64,000 nucleotides of DNA from Pseudomonadota bacterium (lineage in GTDB: Bacteria > Pseudomonadota > Gammaproteobacteria > Pseudomonadales > JADFDG01): positions 163,557-227,556 of the forward strand of contig JBMOOO010000011.1 of the NCBI GenBank assembly GCA_049324475.1. Direction: 5' to 3'. This document shows, piece after piece, positions 9,604 through 18,821 of this stretch. The notes beneath the pieces are model-generated. The model worked only from the letters and a program-made list of their open reading frames with translations, had not been told where the DNA came from and did not search any database. The translations under genes and the position numbers were made by a program. Position 1 is the stretch's first letter. Every line of letters begins with the position of its first letter.

Positions 9604-10691
9604 CAGCCTGCATCCGGCCGGCTGCGATGACCGACGGGCCGCGCATTCTGGATCTGATCGGGCGCACGCCGCAGCGCGGTCTGGTGACGCTCAACTTCGA
9701 GCGCAATCCGGATTTCTTCATCGGTGCCCGTGTGAGCTGCGAGGAGCCGGACGTCTGGGTTGCCGAAGAAGAGGCGGGGCGTTTGCTGGCGGTGTTCAAC
9801 ATCGGCCATCGTACGGTCTTTGTGAACGGTACACCGCGCCGCATCCGCTACGCGCACGATCTGAGGATTGACCCGGAAGCCCGCGGTACCCTGTTGCTGC
9901 ACCGCATGTTCCGCCGGCTGCGCCGGATGCTGTCCGATGGCGAGTGGATGCAGACCGTGATCCTGGCCGAGAACCGGGCGTCGATCGAAACGGTGGGTTC
10001 GGGGCGGGCCGGGTTGCCACGGTATTACCCGTGCGGGGATATCGAGACCTCGCTGGTGTCGACGTCATCTGCGCGCCCGCGGCCCGGCAACGGCATCGAG
10101 GTGTCCGCTGCCACCGCGGCGGACCTCCCGGCACTGCAGGCTTTCCTCGACACGGAAGCGCCGCTGCGGCAATTCTGTCCGCACTATCGTTTGTCCGGAT
10201 TGCTGTCCGACGACAGTTATTTCAACGGCCTGTTGCCCGGCAATTATCTGCTGGCGCGATACGCCGGCCGGATCGTCGGTGTGATGGGTGACTGGGACCA
10301 GGCCGCGTTCAAGAAAACGCGTGTGCTGTCCTATCCCGGCGCGCTGGCCTGGGCGCGGCCGCTCTACAACGCACTGCGTCCCTTTACCGGCGGGCTTCGT
10401 CTGCCGCCGGCGGGTGGTACGCTGCGCTACCGCATGCTGCATACGGTGCTGGTGCACGATCAGGACCCGGACGTGTTCCGGCTGTTGCTGGAATACCAGC
10501 GACATGCACACCGGGATACGGCGGATGCCCTGGTGGTCGGTGCGTTTGCCGGCGATCCGCTGCTGGCCGGCCTGCGTGGCCTGCGCCGGCGTACCCAGCG
10601 CAGCCATCACTATCTGGTCTGCTACGACGGCGACCCCCGCGAGCAGCTGCGGCCGGGTCCGGTGCCGCACATCGATCTGGCACGGCTCTAG
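9600..10691 (+). CDS. Tandem (double) GNAT-type N-acyltransferase
   Basis: ATG 9600 overlaps the GH3 stop (ATGA at 9600-9603); the alternative ATG is 9627. N-terminal GNAT core: RIRYAHDLRIDPEARGTLLLHRMFRRLRRM. A second GNAT-like half follows (LPALQAFLDTEAP...YAGRIVGVMGDW...). Confidence 0.6.
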   Translation: MTACIRPAAMTDGPRILDLIGRTPQRGLVTLNFERNPDFFIGARVSCEEPDVWVAEEEAGRLLAVFNIGHRTVFVNGTPRRIRYAHDLRIDPEARGTLLLHRMFRRLRRMLSDGEWMQTVILAENRASIETVGSGRAGLPRYYPCGDIETSLVSTSSARPRPGNGIEVSAATAADLPALQAFLDTEAPLRQFCPHYRLSGLLSDDSYFNGLLPGNYLLARYAGRIVGVMGDWDQAAFKKTRVLSYPGALAWARPLYNALRPFTGGLRLPPAGGTLRYRMLHTVLVHDQDPDVFRLLLEYQRHAHRDTADALVVGAFAGDPLLAGLRGLRRRTQRSHHYLVCYDGDPREQLRPGPVPHIDLARL

Positions 10692-10696
10692 AGGCA

Positions 10697-10726
10697 CAAA
10701 AAAGCCCGCACTCGGCGGGCTTTCTT
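10697..10726. terminator. Bidirectional hairpin terminator
   Basis: AAAAAAGCCCGC-ACTC-GGCGGGCTTTCTT lies between the stop at 10691 (+) and the stop at 10741 (-). Confidence 0.8.
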
Positions 10727-10740
10727 CGCGGGTACGGTTT

Positions 10741-11919
10741 TCAGGCCGTGACCGGTTTGCGCATCACTTCCTGGGCCAGGATATGCAGGCGCTGCTTTTG
10801 CATGCGCAGCGAGTATTCCAGTTCCTTCAGGCGGGTACGCATCGCGGTATTTTCCCAGCGGCCGGCGATTTCGCGGCGTTTCTGGTCGTACCGTTTCATC
10901 TGCAGTTCGGTGAAGGCGTTCAGCGTGCTGCGGAAGGCTTCGTATTCCTGCTCCACCAGCAGCTTCCAGCGCTCGACATTGCCGGACAGGGCTACCTGCT
11001 GCTCCACACGCTTGAACTGCATGCTGACGATGGCGCGCTGGATCTTGAAGTTGCTGACACGCTTCAGGTCCCAGGTGAGTCCGACCCAGGAACAGGCCTG
11101 GATCATCCACTTGGTCGGATCCCACTGATACCAGCGGATGCCGTTGCGGTAGTCGGTCTGGAAGATGTGGTGATAGTTGTGATACCCCTCGCCCCAGGTG
11201 AACAGTGCCAGCACATCGTTGTCGCGTGCGGTGTTCTCGTCGGTGTAGGGCTGACGGCCCCACATGTGGGCCAGTGAGTTGATGAAGAAGGTCACGTGAT
11301 GGCTGACCACGAGGCGCAGCACGCCGGCCAGCAGGAAATAACCGATGACGTCACCGGCCAGCAGGCCCAGGGCCACGGGAATGCCGATGTTGGTCAGCAG
11401 CACCAGTGGCAGGTAGTAGTTGTGCTGGAACATCACGATCGGGTCGCGCTTCAGGTCGTTGACGTTGCTGAAGTCGACCTTGCCGCTCGGGTATTCGCGC
11501 AGCATCCAGCCGATATGCGAGAACCAGAAGCCGCGCTTCGCGGAATAGGGATCAAGGTCCACGTCATCGACGTGGCGGTGGTGGACGCGATGTCCCGAAG
11601 CCCAGATCAACGCGCTGTTCTGCAGGGCCATGGCGCCGAATACGGCGTAGAACACACGCAGCGACCAGTGCGCTTCGTAGGTCTTGTGTGCCCACAGCCG
11701 GTGATAGCCGCCGGTGATGGACATGCCGTTGGCCACCAGCAGCAGGCCGAAGGCAACCCAGGCGCCGAGGCTGTAGCCGTGCGCGAAGCCGTACCAGGGA
11801 ACAAGGGTGAGCGCGGCGATACCGGTGGCAGCGAACAGGATGGTGGTGGTCCAGATTCGCGGCGCGTGTTCTTTCTGCGTCGCAGTCAGGGAGTCGGCGG
11901 GCTTGCGCTCGTCGGTCAT
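10741..11919 (-). CDS. Membrane acyl-CoA (delta-9) fatty-acid desaturase
   Basis: The three His boxes HRLWAHKTY, HRVHHRHVDD and HNYHHIF are in the canonical order, with N-terminal TM pairs. The ATG at 11919 (MTDERKP) is preferred over 11955. Confidence 0.9.
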   Translation of the reverse strand: MTDERKPADSLTATQKEHAPRIWTTTILFAATGIAALTLVPWYGFAHGYSLGAWVAFGLLLVANGMSITGGYHRLWAHKTYEAHWSLRVFYAVFGAMALQNSALIWASGHRVHHRHVDDVDLDPYSAKRGFWFSHIGWMLREYPSGKVDFSNVNDLKRDPIVMFQHNYYLPLVLLTNIGIPVALGLLAGDVIGYFLLAGVLRLVVSHHVTFFINSLAHMWGRQPYTDENTARDNDVLALFTWGEGYHNYHHIFQTDYRNGIRWYQWDPTKWMIQACSWVGLTWDLKRVSNFKIQRAIVSMQFKRVEQQVALSGNVERWKLLVEQEYEAFRSTLNAFTELQMKRYDQKRREIAGRWENTAMRTRLKELEYSLRMQKQRLHILAQEVMRKPVTA

Positions 11920-12044
11920 CGTGATTCTCTCGGGAGGGCTGCGGGCGGCCGCCAACGGCGGACCGAGCCCGGATCATAGCACGCGGGATTCGCGTCCGAG
12001 CCGCCCCCTCCCTGTGGCGGGGCGACGTAACGTGTTGTTACACG

Positions 12045-12605
12045 TCAGGATTTTCCGTCACGCGGTTTCGTATCCCCGGTGCGCTGCTCGGCGTCGCGGC
12101 GCTCTGCCGACAGGCGGCGTGCCGATGGCGGATTGCGACCCATGATCACCTTCCAGAACGGGATGCGGCGGGTCAGCGAAGCCATCTCGTCAACCCGGTC
12201 GGACAGCCCGGACAGCTTGTCCACGGTATCGCGTACGCCGGCCAGTTCGTCCACGTCCTCGGCGATGCGGAACACCACCATGTAGAACTCCAGCAGGCCG
12301 CGCAGCAGCGAGGCCAGCACCACGAACGTGAGCGGGCCGGCGAAGAACAGGTAGAAGAACCCGCGCCAGTGGCTGCCGGAGGCGAAGGCCTCCACGATCA
12401 GGTAGATGATGCCCACGCCCATGGCGAACAGCAGCATGCCGTACAGGATCGGCAGCATCTGGATGATCATGTATTTCTCGAACGAGAAATCGAACAGCGC
12501 CTTCCAGTACTGGATCACCCACAGCCAGGCGCGGCGGGCGCGCTCCTGCAGGCTGCGTTGCCCTGCCGGCGGTTCCGGGTTCTTCATGTCGTCGTTCGTG
12601 CTCAT
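12045..12605 (-). CDS. DUF4282-type small membrane protein
   Basis: 186 aa. Motif LFDFSFEKYMIIQMLPILYG is followed by two or three TM helices. It lies 4 nt downstream of the DUF2804 gene on the same strand. Confidence 0.55.
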   Translation of the reverse strand: MSTNDDMKNPEPPAGQRSLQERARRAWLWVIQYWKALFDFSFEKYMIIQMLPILYGMLLFAMGVGIIYLIVEAFASGSHWRGFFYLFFAGPLTFVVLASLLRGLLEFYMVVFRIAEDVDELAGVRDTVDKLSGLSDRVDEMASLTRRIPFWKVIMGRNPPSARRLSAERRDAEQRTGDTKPRDGKS

Positions 12606-12609
12606 GCGA

Positions 12610-13653
12610 TCACCATTTGGCGTACTGCTCCTCGACGAATCCGGGCAGGCCGGCGACGGCCAGGGTCTCGTTGCCGACCATGACGGTACCGTGGAAATGC
12701 CCGAAGACCTGTTTGAAATCGGTGGCGAACAGCAGCAGGTTCATCTTCTCGGTGTGGGCGCCGGCCGGCCGGAAGGCCAGGTCGACCGAACCGTCGGCGG
12801 TACGTACCTGCCAGGGGCGGCCGACCGGGTCGCGGGCATCGTAGTCGAACCGGGTCAGGCCGGTGGCCACCCGTTGTCCGTCAAGCCAGAGGCAGTTCTC
12901 GCTGAAACTGGTCTCGTTGACCCCGCAGGACAAATTCAGGCCCAGCAGCCGTTCCCGGCCGCCGGTGCGAACCCGTCCTGACAGGCAGGCCCAGTTCCAG
13001 AAGGTTTCCCGGCGCATGTAGCCGGCCGAGAAGTCGTGGTGGCCGCAGGCGCCCAGTCCGGCCAGATCGTAGTCCTGGCCGGCGGCGGAGATGCGGCCGC
13101 TGACCGGCAGGCCTGCGACCTTGTTGGCGAAGGTCCAGCCGTTGATGCCGGTGCGGGTGCAGAGGGGCAGGGACCGGTAGGAGGCCGGTTCCGGCAGCTC
13201 GGCATCGATCGTCATGGGTGTACGGCCATGCAGCCGCACCTGCAGTGTTTTCAGCAGGCTGCCGTCGGCATGGCGGCGATAGCCGAGCCGGATGCCGGCC
13301 CCGGAGGCGGCCAGCCGGCTTTCTCCCTCGACCGGGGAGCGGCTCATGGCCAGGCCGCGGCCCAGCGGCAGGCGCAGGGTGCGCTCGGTCAGGGTGTTGG
13401 TGGCCAGGTCATGCACGTACACGAAGGCCAGCCCGACATAGCCGGTATGGGCCAGCGCGCAGCCGGCCAGCACGCGGTCGGCCAGCACACCGAAGTACTG
13501 GAACTGCTTGTAGTGAAGGTGCCGGGCCAGTGCGGACTGCGGGCGGCCCAGGGGGGTGCGGTAGTCGAAGTCGCGGCCATTGATGTCGGCCGGAGGACGC
13601 TCGAACAGGCCCAGGCGGACCTGGCCATCGGGGGTGATCAGGGTATCGGTCAT
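12610..13653 (-). CDS. DUF2804-family protein
   Basis: Start ATG 13653 (MTDTLITPDGQV...); the alternative is 13680. The remaining 5' part of the 873-aa ORF is antisense to the oxygenase gene and has no protein-like composition. Recognisable segments: HHDFSAGYMRRETFWNWA and LNLSCGVNETSFSENCLWLDG. Confidence 0.6.
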   Translation of the reverse strand: MTDTLITPDGQVRLGLFERPPADINGRDFDYRTPLGRPQSALARHLHYKQFQYFGVLADRVLAGCALAHTGYVGLAFVYVHDLATNTLTERTLRLPLGRGLAMSRSPVEGESRLAASGAGIRLGYRRHADGSLLKTLQVRLHGRTPMTIDAELPEPASYRSLPLCTRTGINGWTFANKVAGLPVSGRISAAGQDYDLAGLGACGHHDFSAGYMRRETFWNWACLSGRVRTGGRERLLGLNLSCGVNETSFSENCLWLDGQRVATGLTRFDYDARDPVGRPWQVRTADGSVDLAFRPAGAHTEKMNLLLFATDFKQVFGHFHGTVMVGNETLAVAGLPGFVEEQYAKW

Positions 13654-13797
13654 GCGCGGGGTTCCGGGGTGGAAACGCATGGTAAGCGCCGGTTGGCAGG
13701 GTGACCATCGGGTTCTATAGTCCGGACGGCAAAACCCGTCGGTTCGCGCAGCGCATGCCACGGGCCACCCGGAACACCACGCGCAGGGGACACGTCC

Positions 13798-15261
13798 ATG
13801 AACATCGCCCTGACCGGCCAGCGCCGCCTGACCCATGCCGATGTCGGCCTGCCTTCGCACACGCACCGCCGCGGCTTCGACGCCCTGGAAACCGAGCATG
13901 ACTACCGGGTGGAAACCGTGCAGGGCGGCCTGCCGGCGGATTTTGCCGGCACCCTCTTCCGCAACGGCCCGGGCCGCAACCGCATCGGTGGCCGCAAGTT
14001 CGGTCACTGGTTCGACGGCGACGGCATGCTGTCGCGCATTACGTTCCGCGACGGCGAAATCCATTACTGCAACCGCTATGTGCGCACGCCGAAATACATG
14101 GCCGAAACCGCGGCACAGAAAATCCTCTACCGGGGTTTCGGCACGCAGAAGCCGGGCGGTGTGCTGGCCAACATCGGCCGTCCGCCGGCCAACGTCGCCA
14201 ACACCAGCGTGGTGTATCACGCCGGGAAGCTGCTGACGCTGTGGGAAGGCGGGCATCCGTGGGAGATCGACCCGGCGACCATGAGCACGGTCGGGGAGTA
14301 CGACTACGACGGCGTCCTGAAATTCATGTGGCCGTTCAGCGCCCACGGCAAGCTGAACCCGGCCACCGGCGAGTACGTCAACTTCGGTGTGCAACCGGGC
14401 AAAACCTCGCGCATCAATGTGTACCGCATATCGCCGAAGGGGCAGGTGATCGCCACCGGGCACTTCCCGCTGAAGGCGCCGGTGTTCCTGCACGACTTTG
14501 CACTCACGGAAAACCACGCCGTGTTCTTCATCGGGCCGGTCGAGTTCCACCGCATGTGGCGCTTCCTGGGCGGTCTGGATTCGCTGGACCAGTGCATGGC
14601 ATTCAATCCGTCCCGCCCGTCGCGCGTGCTGGTGGTGGATCTGCGCACCATGAGCATGGTGGTCGACAGTGAAATCCCCGCCGGCGTGTTCATCCACTAC
14701 GGGAATTCGTTCGAGGAAAACGGAAAGATCGTCACGGAAGTGACCCGCTATCCGGATTTTGCGGTCGACAGTGCCCTGCGCGACGTATTCAACAGCGAGG
14801 TTCCCGAAGCCGGTGATTACTGGCGGTACACCATCGATCTGGCCAGCGGCAAGGTCGATGGAGCCCCGGTGCCGGGGCTGTTGCAGTGCGAGTTTCCGGT
14901 ATTCGATGCCCGGCTCGGCCTCAGACGTCACCGCTATACCTGGATGGCAACGATGGCCAACAACGGCACGCAGATTTTCTTCAATTCGCTGCAGAAGTAC
15001 GACGCCGTCACCGGCGATGTGCAGACCCACGACTTCGGGCCGGGCCGGTTTACCTCCGAGCCGCTGTTCATGCCACGCCACGAGACGTCCGGTGAAGACG
15101 AGGGCTATCTCGCCAGTGTCGTCTACGATTACCGCAAGGACCTCAGCGAAGTGGTCGTGCTCGACGCCGCCGACATCACGAAGACCGTGGCTGTCGCCAC
15201 CCTGAAGCACCATGTTCCGTTCGGATTCCACGGCTGTTACGTGCCGAAAACGTTTGCCTGA
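13798..15261 (+). CDS. Carotenoid/apocarotenoid (stilbene) cleavage oxygenase family protein
   Basis: FRNGPGRNRIGGRKFGHWFDGDGMLSRITFRDGEIHYCNRYVRTPKY. The four iron-ligand His contexts are present in order (FSAHGKLNP, FLHDFALTENH, FIHYGNSFEE, PFGFHGCYV). Confidence 0.85.
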   Translation: MNIALTGQRRLTHADVGLPSHTHRRGFDALETEHDYRVETVQGGLPADFAGTLFRNGPGRNRIGGRKFGHWFDGDGMLSRITFRDGEIHYCNRYVRTPKYMAETAAQKILYRGFGTQKPGGVLANIGRPPANVANTSVVYHAGKLLTLWEGGHPWEIDPATMSTVGEYDYDGVLKFMWPFSAHGKLNPATGEYVNFGVQPGKTSRINVYRISPKGQVIATGHFPLKAPVFLHDFALTENHAVFFIGPVEFHRMWRFLGGLDSLDQCMAFNPSRPSRVLVVDLRTMSMVVDSEIPAGVFIHYGNSFEENGKIVTEVTRYPDFAVDSALRDVFNSEVPEAGDYWRYTIDLASGKVDGAPVPGLLQCEFPVFDARLGLRRHRYTWMATMANNGTQIFFNSLQKYDAVTGDVQTHDFGPGRFTSEPLFMPRHETSGEDEGYLASVVYDYRKDLSEVVVLDAADITKTVAVATLKHHVPFGFHGCYVPKTFA

Positions 15262-15296
15262 TTGCAGTTTCCGGCCCCGCCGGCGAGGAGATATCG

Positions 15297-16886
15297 ATGC
15301 GTTACGATTACATCATCGTGGGTGCCGGTTCTGCCGGTTGCGTGCTGGCCAACCGCCTGACCGAAGATCCGGGAACCACGGTGCTGCTGCTGGAAGCCGG
15401 CATGAGCGACTGGCACCCGTTCATCCATATGCCGGCCGGTGTCGGCGAGCTGCTGAAGGGGAAACTGTTCAACTGGTACTTCGACACGGCACCGGAGAAG
15501 CACCTCGGTAACCGCCGGTTGTACTGGCCACGCGGCAAGGGTCTGGGCGGCTCGTCCAGCATGAACGGCATGGTGTATATCCGCGGCCACCGCAACGACT
15601 ACGAACACTGGGCCAACGATCTGGGTTGCACCGGCTGGTCGTATGCCGATGTGCTGCCGTACTTCAGGAAGAGCGAGAACTTCTTCGGCGGCGAGAACGA
15701 ATACCACGGCGCCGGTGGTCCGCTGGGCATCACCCAGGATCCCTCCGGCCACATGCTGTTCGGCGTGTTCAAGGACGCGGCGAAACAGGCCGGCTACAGC
15801 GAGACGAAGGACTTCAACGGCGCGCAGCAGGAGGGCTACGGCTCCTACCAGCTCACCATTGCCAATGGCGAGCGCCAGAGCACGGCAGTGACCTTCCTGA
15901 ATCCGGCGAAGTCGCGGCCCAACCTGACCGTGATCACGCGCGCACATGTGCGTTCCATCGATATCGACGGTGGTCGCGCCACCGGCGTCACTTTCCGGCA
16001 CGGTTTCGGATCGGAAACGGTGAAGGCCGTCAAGGAAGTCCTGCTGTGTGCCGGTGCCGTGCAGTCGCCGCAGGTGCTGATGCTGTCCGGTATCGGTGAT
16101 GGCGAGCAGCTGAAGCGTTTCGGCATTCCGGTGAAGCTGCACAAGCCGCAGGTGGGCCAGAACCTGCAGGATCACCTGGATGTCATGGTCCAGCAGAATT
16201 GCTCGCAGCCGGTCACGTTCTACGAGAACACCAAATTTCACCGCGTCATCATGACGCTCATCGAATACTACCGGACCCGTGGCGGCCTGGGCGCCACCAA
16301 TGCCCTGGAGGCGGGCGCCTTCGTGAAGACGGATCCGTCGCTGTCCATGCCGGATGTCCAGCTGCATTTCATCCCGGCCTTCATGCTGGATCACGCACGC
16401 GAGATCGGGCCGGGTCATGGCTACATGCTGCATGCCTGCCAGCTGCGTCCGCGCAGCCGCGGCTGGGTTGGCCTGGCGTCCGGCGACCCGTTCTCGGCGC
16501 CGGTGATCCAGCCGAATTACCTCTCCGATCCGTTCGATGTCGAGGTGCTGGTGAAGGCGGTGAAGATCGCGCGGAAGATCTTTGCACAGCCGGCTTTCGA
16601 CCCTTACCGCGGCCCGGAGCACATGCCGGGTCCTGCGGTGCAGACCGACGAACAGATCGTGGAGTGCGTACGCCAGAAAGCGGAGTCGATCTACCACCCG
16701 GTGGGCAGTTGCCGCATGGGCCCCGACGCCGATGCGGTAGTCGATCTCGATTGCCGCGTACGTGGCATCGGCGGCCTGCGTGTGGTCGATGCCTCGGTGA
16801 TGCCCGCGCTGATCGGCGGCAACACCAATGCCACCACCATCATGATTGCCGAGAAGATCGCCGACCGGATCCGCATGTCGGCCTGA
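15297..16886 (+). CDS. GMC-family FAD oxidoreductase (choline/alcohol dehydrogenase, AlkJ-like)
   Basis: FAD fingerprint YDYIIVGAGSAGCVLANRLTED, GMC signature GLGGSSSMNGMVYIRG, and C-terminal active-site region YHPVGSCRMG. Confidence 0.9.
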   Translation: MRYDYIIVGAGSAGCVLANRLTEDPGTTVLLLEAGMSDWHPFIHMPAGVGELLKGKLFNWYFDTAPEKHLGNRRLYWPRGKGLGGSSSMNGMVYIRGHRNDYEHWANDLGCTGWSYADVLPYFRKSENFFGGENEYHGAGGPLGITQDPSGHMLFGVFKDAAKQAGYSETKDFNGAQQEGYGSYQLTIANGERQSTAVTFLNPAKSRPNLTVITRAHVRSIDIDGGRATGVTFRHGFGSETVKAVKEVLLCAGAVQSPQVLMLSGIGDGEQLKRFGIPVKLHKPQVGQNLQDHLDVMVQQNCSQPVTFYENTKFHRVIMTLIEYYRTRGGLGATNALEAGAFVKTDPSLSMPDVQLHFIPAFMLDHAREIGPGHGYMLHACQLRPRSRGWVGLASGDPFSAPVIQPNYLSDPFDVEVLVKAVKIARKIFAQPAFDPYRGPEHMPGPAVQTDEQIVECVRQKAESIYHPVGSCRMGPDADAVVDLDCRVRGIGGLRVVDASVMPALIGGNTNATTIMIAEKIADRIRMSA

Positions 16887-16901
16887 TGCCTGCCGCCGGC
16901 G

Positions 16902-17510
16902 TCATCCGCCGGCGCGCAGCTCGCGCCGTGCCCGCCAGAAGGCAAGGGCGCACAGGGTAACGGCGCTGCCGATCACCAGTGCCGTGGTGTACTTGAAATA
17001 CAGCCGCGGCATGATCGACCAGGACGTATCTTCCGGGTAGTTGCGCCAGTTGTTGTTGTCAAACAACAAGGGGTGGAAAACCTCGCGCCAGAATGTGGTG
17101 AAGAAGGGCAGCACGGCGATGCAGGCGGCCACGCCCAGCATGCTCCACAGGGCGACCCGCGCGCGGGTCGCCGCATCGGCGTGCAGGAAGACCAGGGCGC
17201 CCAGCATGGCCAGTACCAGCAGCCGGTCCAGCAGCGTGCGGACCTCGGCCAGATGCGCGCGCTCCTTGCGGGTCCAGTCGAAAGCGGACAGCGTGCCCCG
17301 GTGTTGCATGAAATGCCGCAGTTCGGTGATGCGCTCCTGCGCCGCGCCATCGCCGTTTGAAATGTCGTAGTCGGCGCAGCGTTCGTGCCACTGGCAACTG
17401 AGCGTGTGCCAGCCCGGCAGATAGGTGATGGCGGCAATCGGCAACCAGAGCGAGAAAATCAGCAGGCCGGTCAGGGCGAGCAGGGTGCGGGCCGGTTGTG
17501 CTGTGGACAT
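16902..17510 (-). CDS. DUF1461-family integral membrane protein (the family of Lit, lipoprotein intramolecular transacylase)
   Basis: 202 aa with 4 TM segments. The segments RKERAHLAEVRTLLD and FWREVFHPLLFDNNNWRNYPEDTSWSIMPRLYF match my recollection of the DUF1461 pattern (H..DV and F..FH..FF.N..W). It is the last gene of a 4-gene minus-strand string. Confidence 0.5.
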   Translation of the reverse strand: MSTAQPARTLLALTGLLIFSLWLPIAAITYLPGWHTLSCQWHERCADYDISNGDGAAQERITELRHFMQHRGTLSAFDWTRKERAHLAEVRTLLDRLLVLAMLGALVFLHADAATRARVALWSMLGVAACIAVLPFFTTFWREVFHPLLFDNNNWRNYPEDTSWSIMPRLYFKYTTALVIGSAVTLCALAFWRARRELRAGG

Positions 17511-17534
17511 GGAATACCTCGGAACAACATGGAT

Positions 17535-18182
17535 TCAGCCGGCGAGCGTACGTCCGGCCAGTATCTGCAGGCGGGCATACAGGCCGGTGGCCGTATCGCC
17601 GGTCAGGGCCGCTTCCGGAAACTGGCGCGGCGTGTCGGCGAAGCGCCGGTGCGCGGTCAGCGCGCTGCCGGCATCCAGCCTGGCCTGTTCCGGATCCGCG
17701 TTTGCGTCGGCGAGTATGGCGCGTGCCGCGTGAAAGAAGAATCTCTGGACGGGGTCCAGCAATCTTTCGTCCAGGCCGGTCAGCAGTGATGCCGCATCGT
17801 CGTAGCGGTCGACCTGCTGGTGACCGGTGATGAAGGCGGCATACTCCACGGCGATCTGCACGCCCGGATCGGTCACGCTCCGGCAGGCCAGGGCTGCCCG
17901 CCAGGCATCATGCGCCTGCGGCATCCGGCGACAGCGGGCCGATGCCCGTGCCAGCCCGCGCAGGGCATCGCGGCGATCCTGCAGGCGGCGCGCCTGCTCC
18001 GCGGCCATGACAAGCAGGTCGCACGCGGCTTCGGGATTGTTGTCGACGAGATGGTCTGCCTTGCGTCGCAGGTACTTTGCGGGATCGCGCACCGACGACA
18101 GCCGCAGGAAGAATTTCTCCCGGGCCGGAAGTGTCCACTCGCTGTTGCGGCACCAGTCCTTACGGACTTGCGACATAGCCAC
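17535..18182 (-). CDS. Hypothetical all-alpha cytoplasmic protein
   Basis: 215-aa ORF with no signal peptide and no motif I recognise. Its start overlaps the upstream lipoprotein gene by 23 nt, which argues for co-translation in an operon. Confidence 0.45.
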   Translation of the reverse strand: MAMSQVRKDWCRNSEWTLPAREKFFLRLSSVRDPAKYLRRKADHLVDNNPEAACDLLVMAAEQARRLQDRRDALRGLARASARCRRMPQAHDAWRAALACRSVTDPGVQIAVEYAAFITGHQQVDRYDDAASLLTGLDERLLDPVQRFFFHAARAILADANADPEQARLDAGSALTAHRRFADTPRQFPEAALTGDTATGLYARLQILAGRTLAG

Positions 18183-18792
18183 GTTCGCGCATGGCGGCGA
18201 TCAGCGCGCGTGCGTGGGAACGCGCGACCTGGGCCGGATCGTTGGCCTCACGGGTGCGGGTGAGCACGGTCCACAGCAGGGTGCGTGCCGGCAGCGCGTA
18301 GAGATTGGCTTCCAGGTCGACGTGATAGACGCTGCCACGCACGTCGCCGCCTGCCGGTGCGTTGAGCCGGATGTCGACGCCGCCGATCCGGCCGCTGGCG
18401 GGCGCGCTGTCGGCCGGCAGGTCCTGCGGTGACCAGGTCGGTTGCTGCACCAGACCCACCAGCTGTACATGCAGTGCGGCATCGGCACGGTCGGCATACG
18501 TGTGCATGCGTTCGCGGATGTCCTGCATGGAAAGGCCGTTCAGCGTCGGTACCAGGTCGCTGCTGGCAATGCCGGTGATGCCGGCAGCGGCGAGTTCGTG
18601 CACAAAGGCCTGCTCGTAGCGGCGGCGCAGGGCATCGTCGGTGCTGACGCCGACCACCACCAGGCTGCGCGCCGGCCTGGCAGCCGGCTGTTCGTCACTG
18701 CTGCGCAGCAATTCCGTGGTTGGTGCACAGGCGGCCAGCAGGGCGGCTGACATCAGCAGTACGAGGGCCGGCAAACGGTTAAGACATGACAT
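18160..18792 (-). CDS. Lipoprotein of unknown function
   Basis: Signal peptide with lipobox MSCLNRLPALVLLMSAALLAAC|APT. 210 aa. Confidence 0.6.
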   Translation of the reverse strand: MSCLNRLPALVLLMSAALLAACAPTTELLRSSDEQPAARPARSLVVVGVSTDDALRRRYEQAFVHELAAAGITGIASSDLVPTLNGLSMQDIRERMHTYADRADAALHVQLVGLVQQPTWSPQDLPADSAPASGRIGGVDIRLNAPAGGDVRGSVYHVDLEANLYALPARTLLWTVLTRTREANDPAQVARSHARALIAAMRERGYVASP

Positions 18793-18821
18793 GACGACGA
18801 CTCCTGTGACGGCCCGGCGAT

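Noticed and set aside
12027-12049. Imperfect hairpin GACGTAAC..GTTACACGTC at the DUF4282 stop
   Set aside because: The stem is bulged, it overlaps the stop codon, and no T-run follows on the minus strand. It is not convincing as a terminator.
13654-15231. 5' extension of the 873-aa minus-strand ORF
   Set aside because: This part is antisense to the well-supported carotenoid oxygenase gene and reads as low-complexity Arg/Gly/His-rich sequence. The recognisable DUF2804 protein begins at the Met encoded at 13653.
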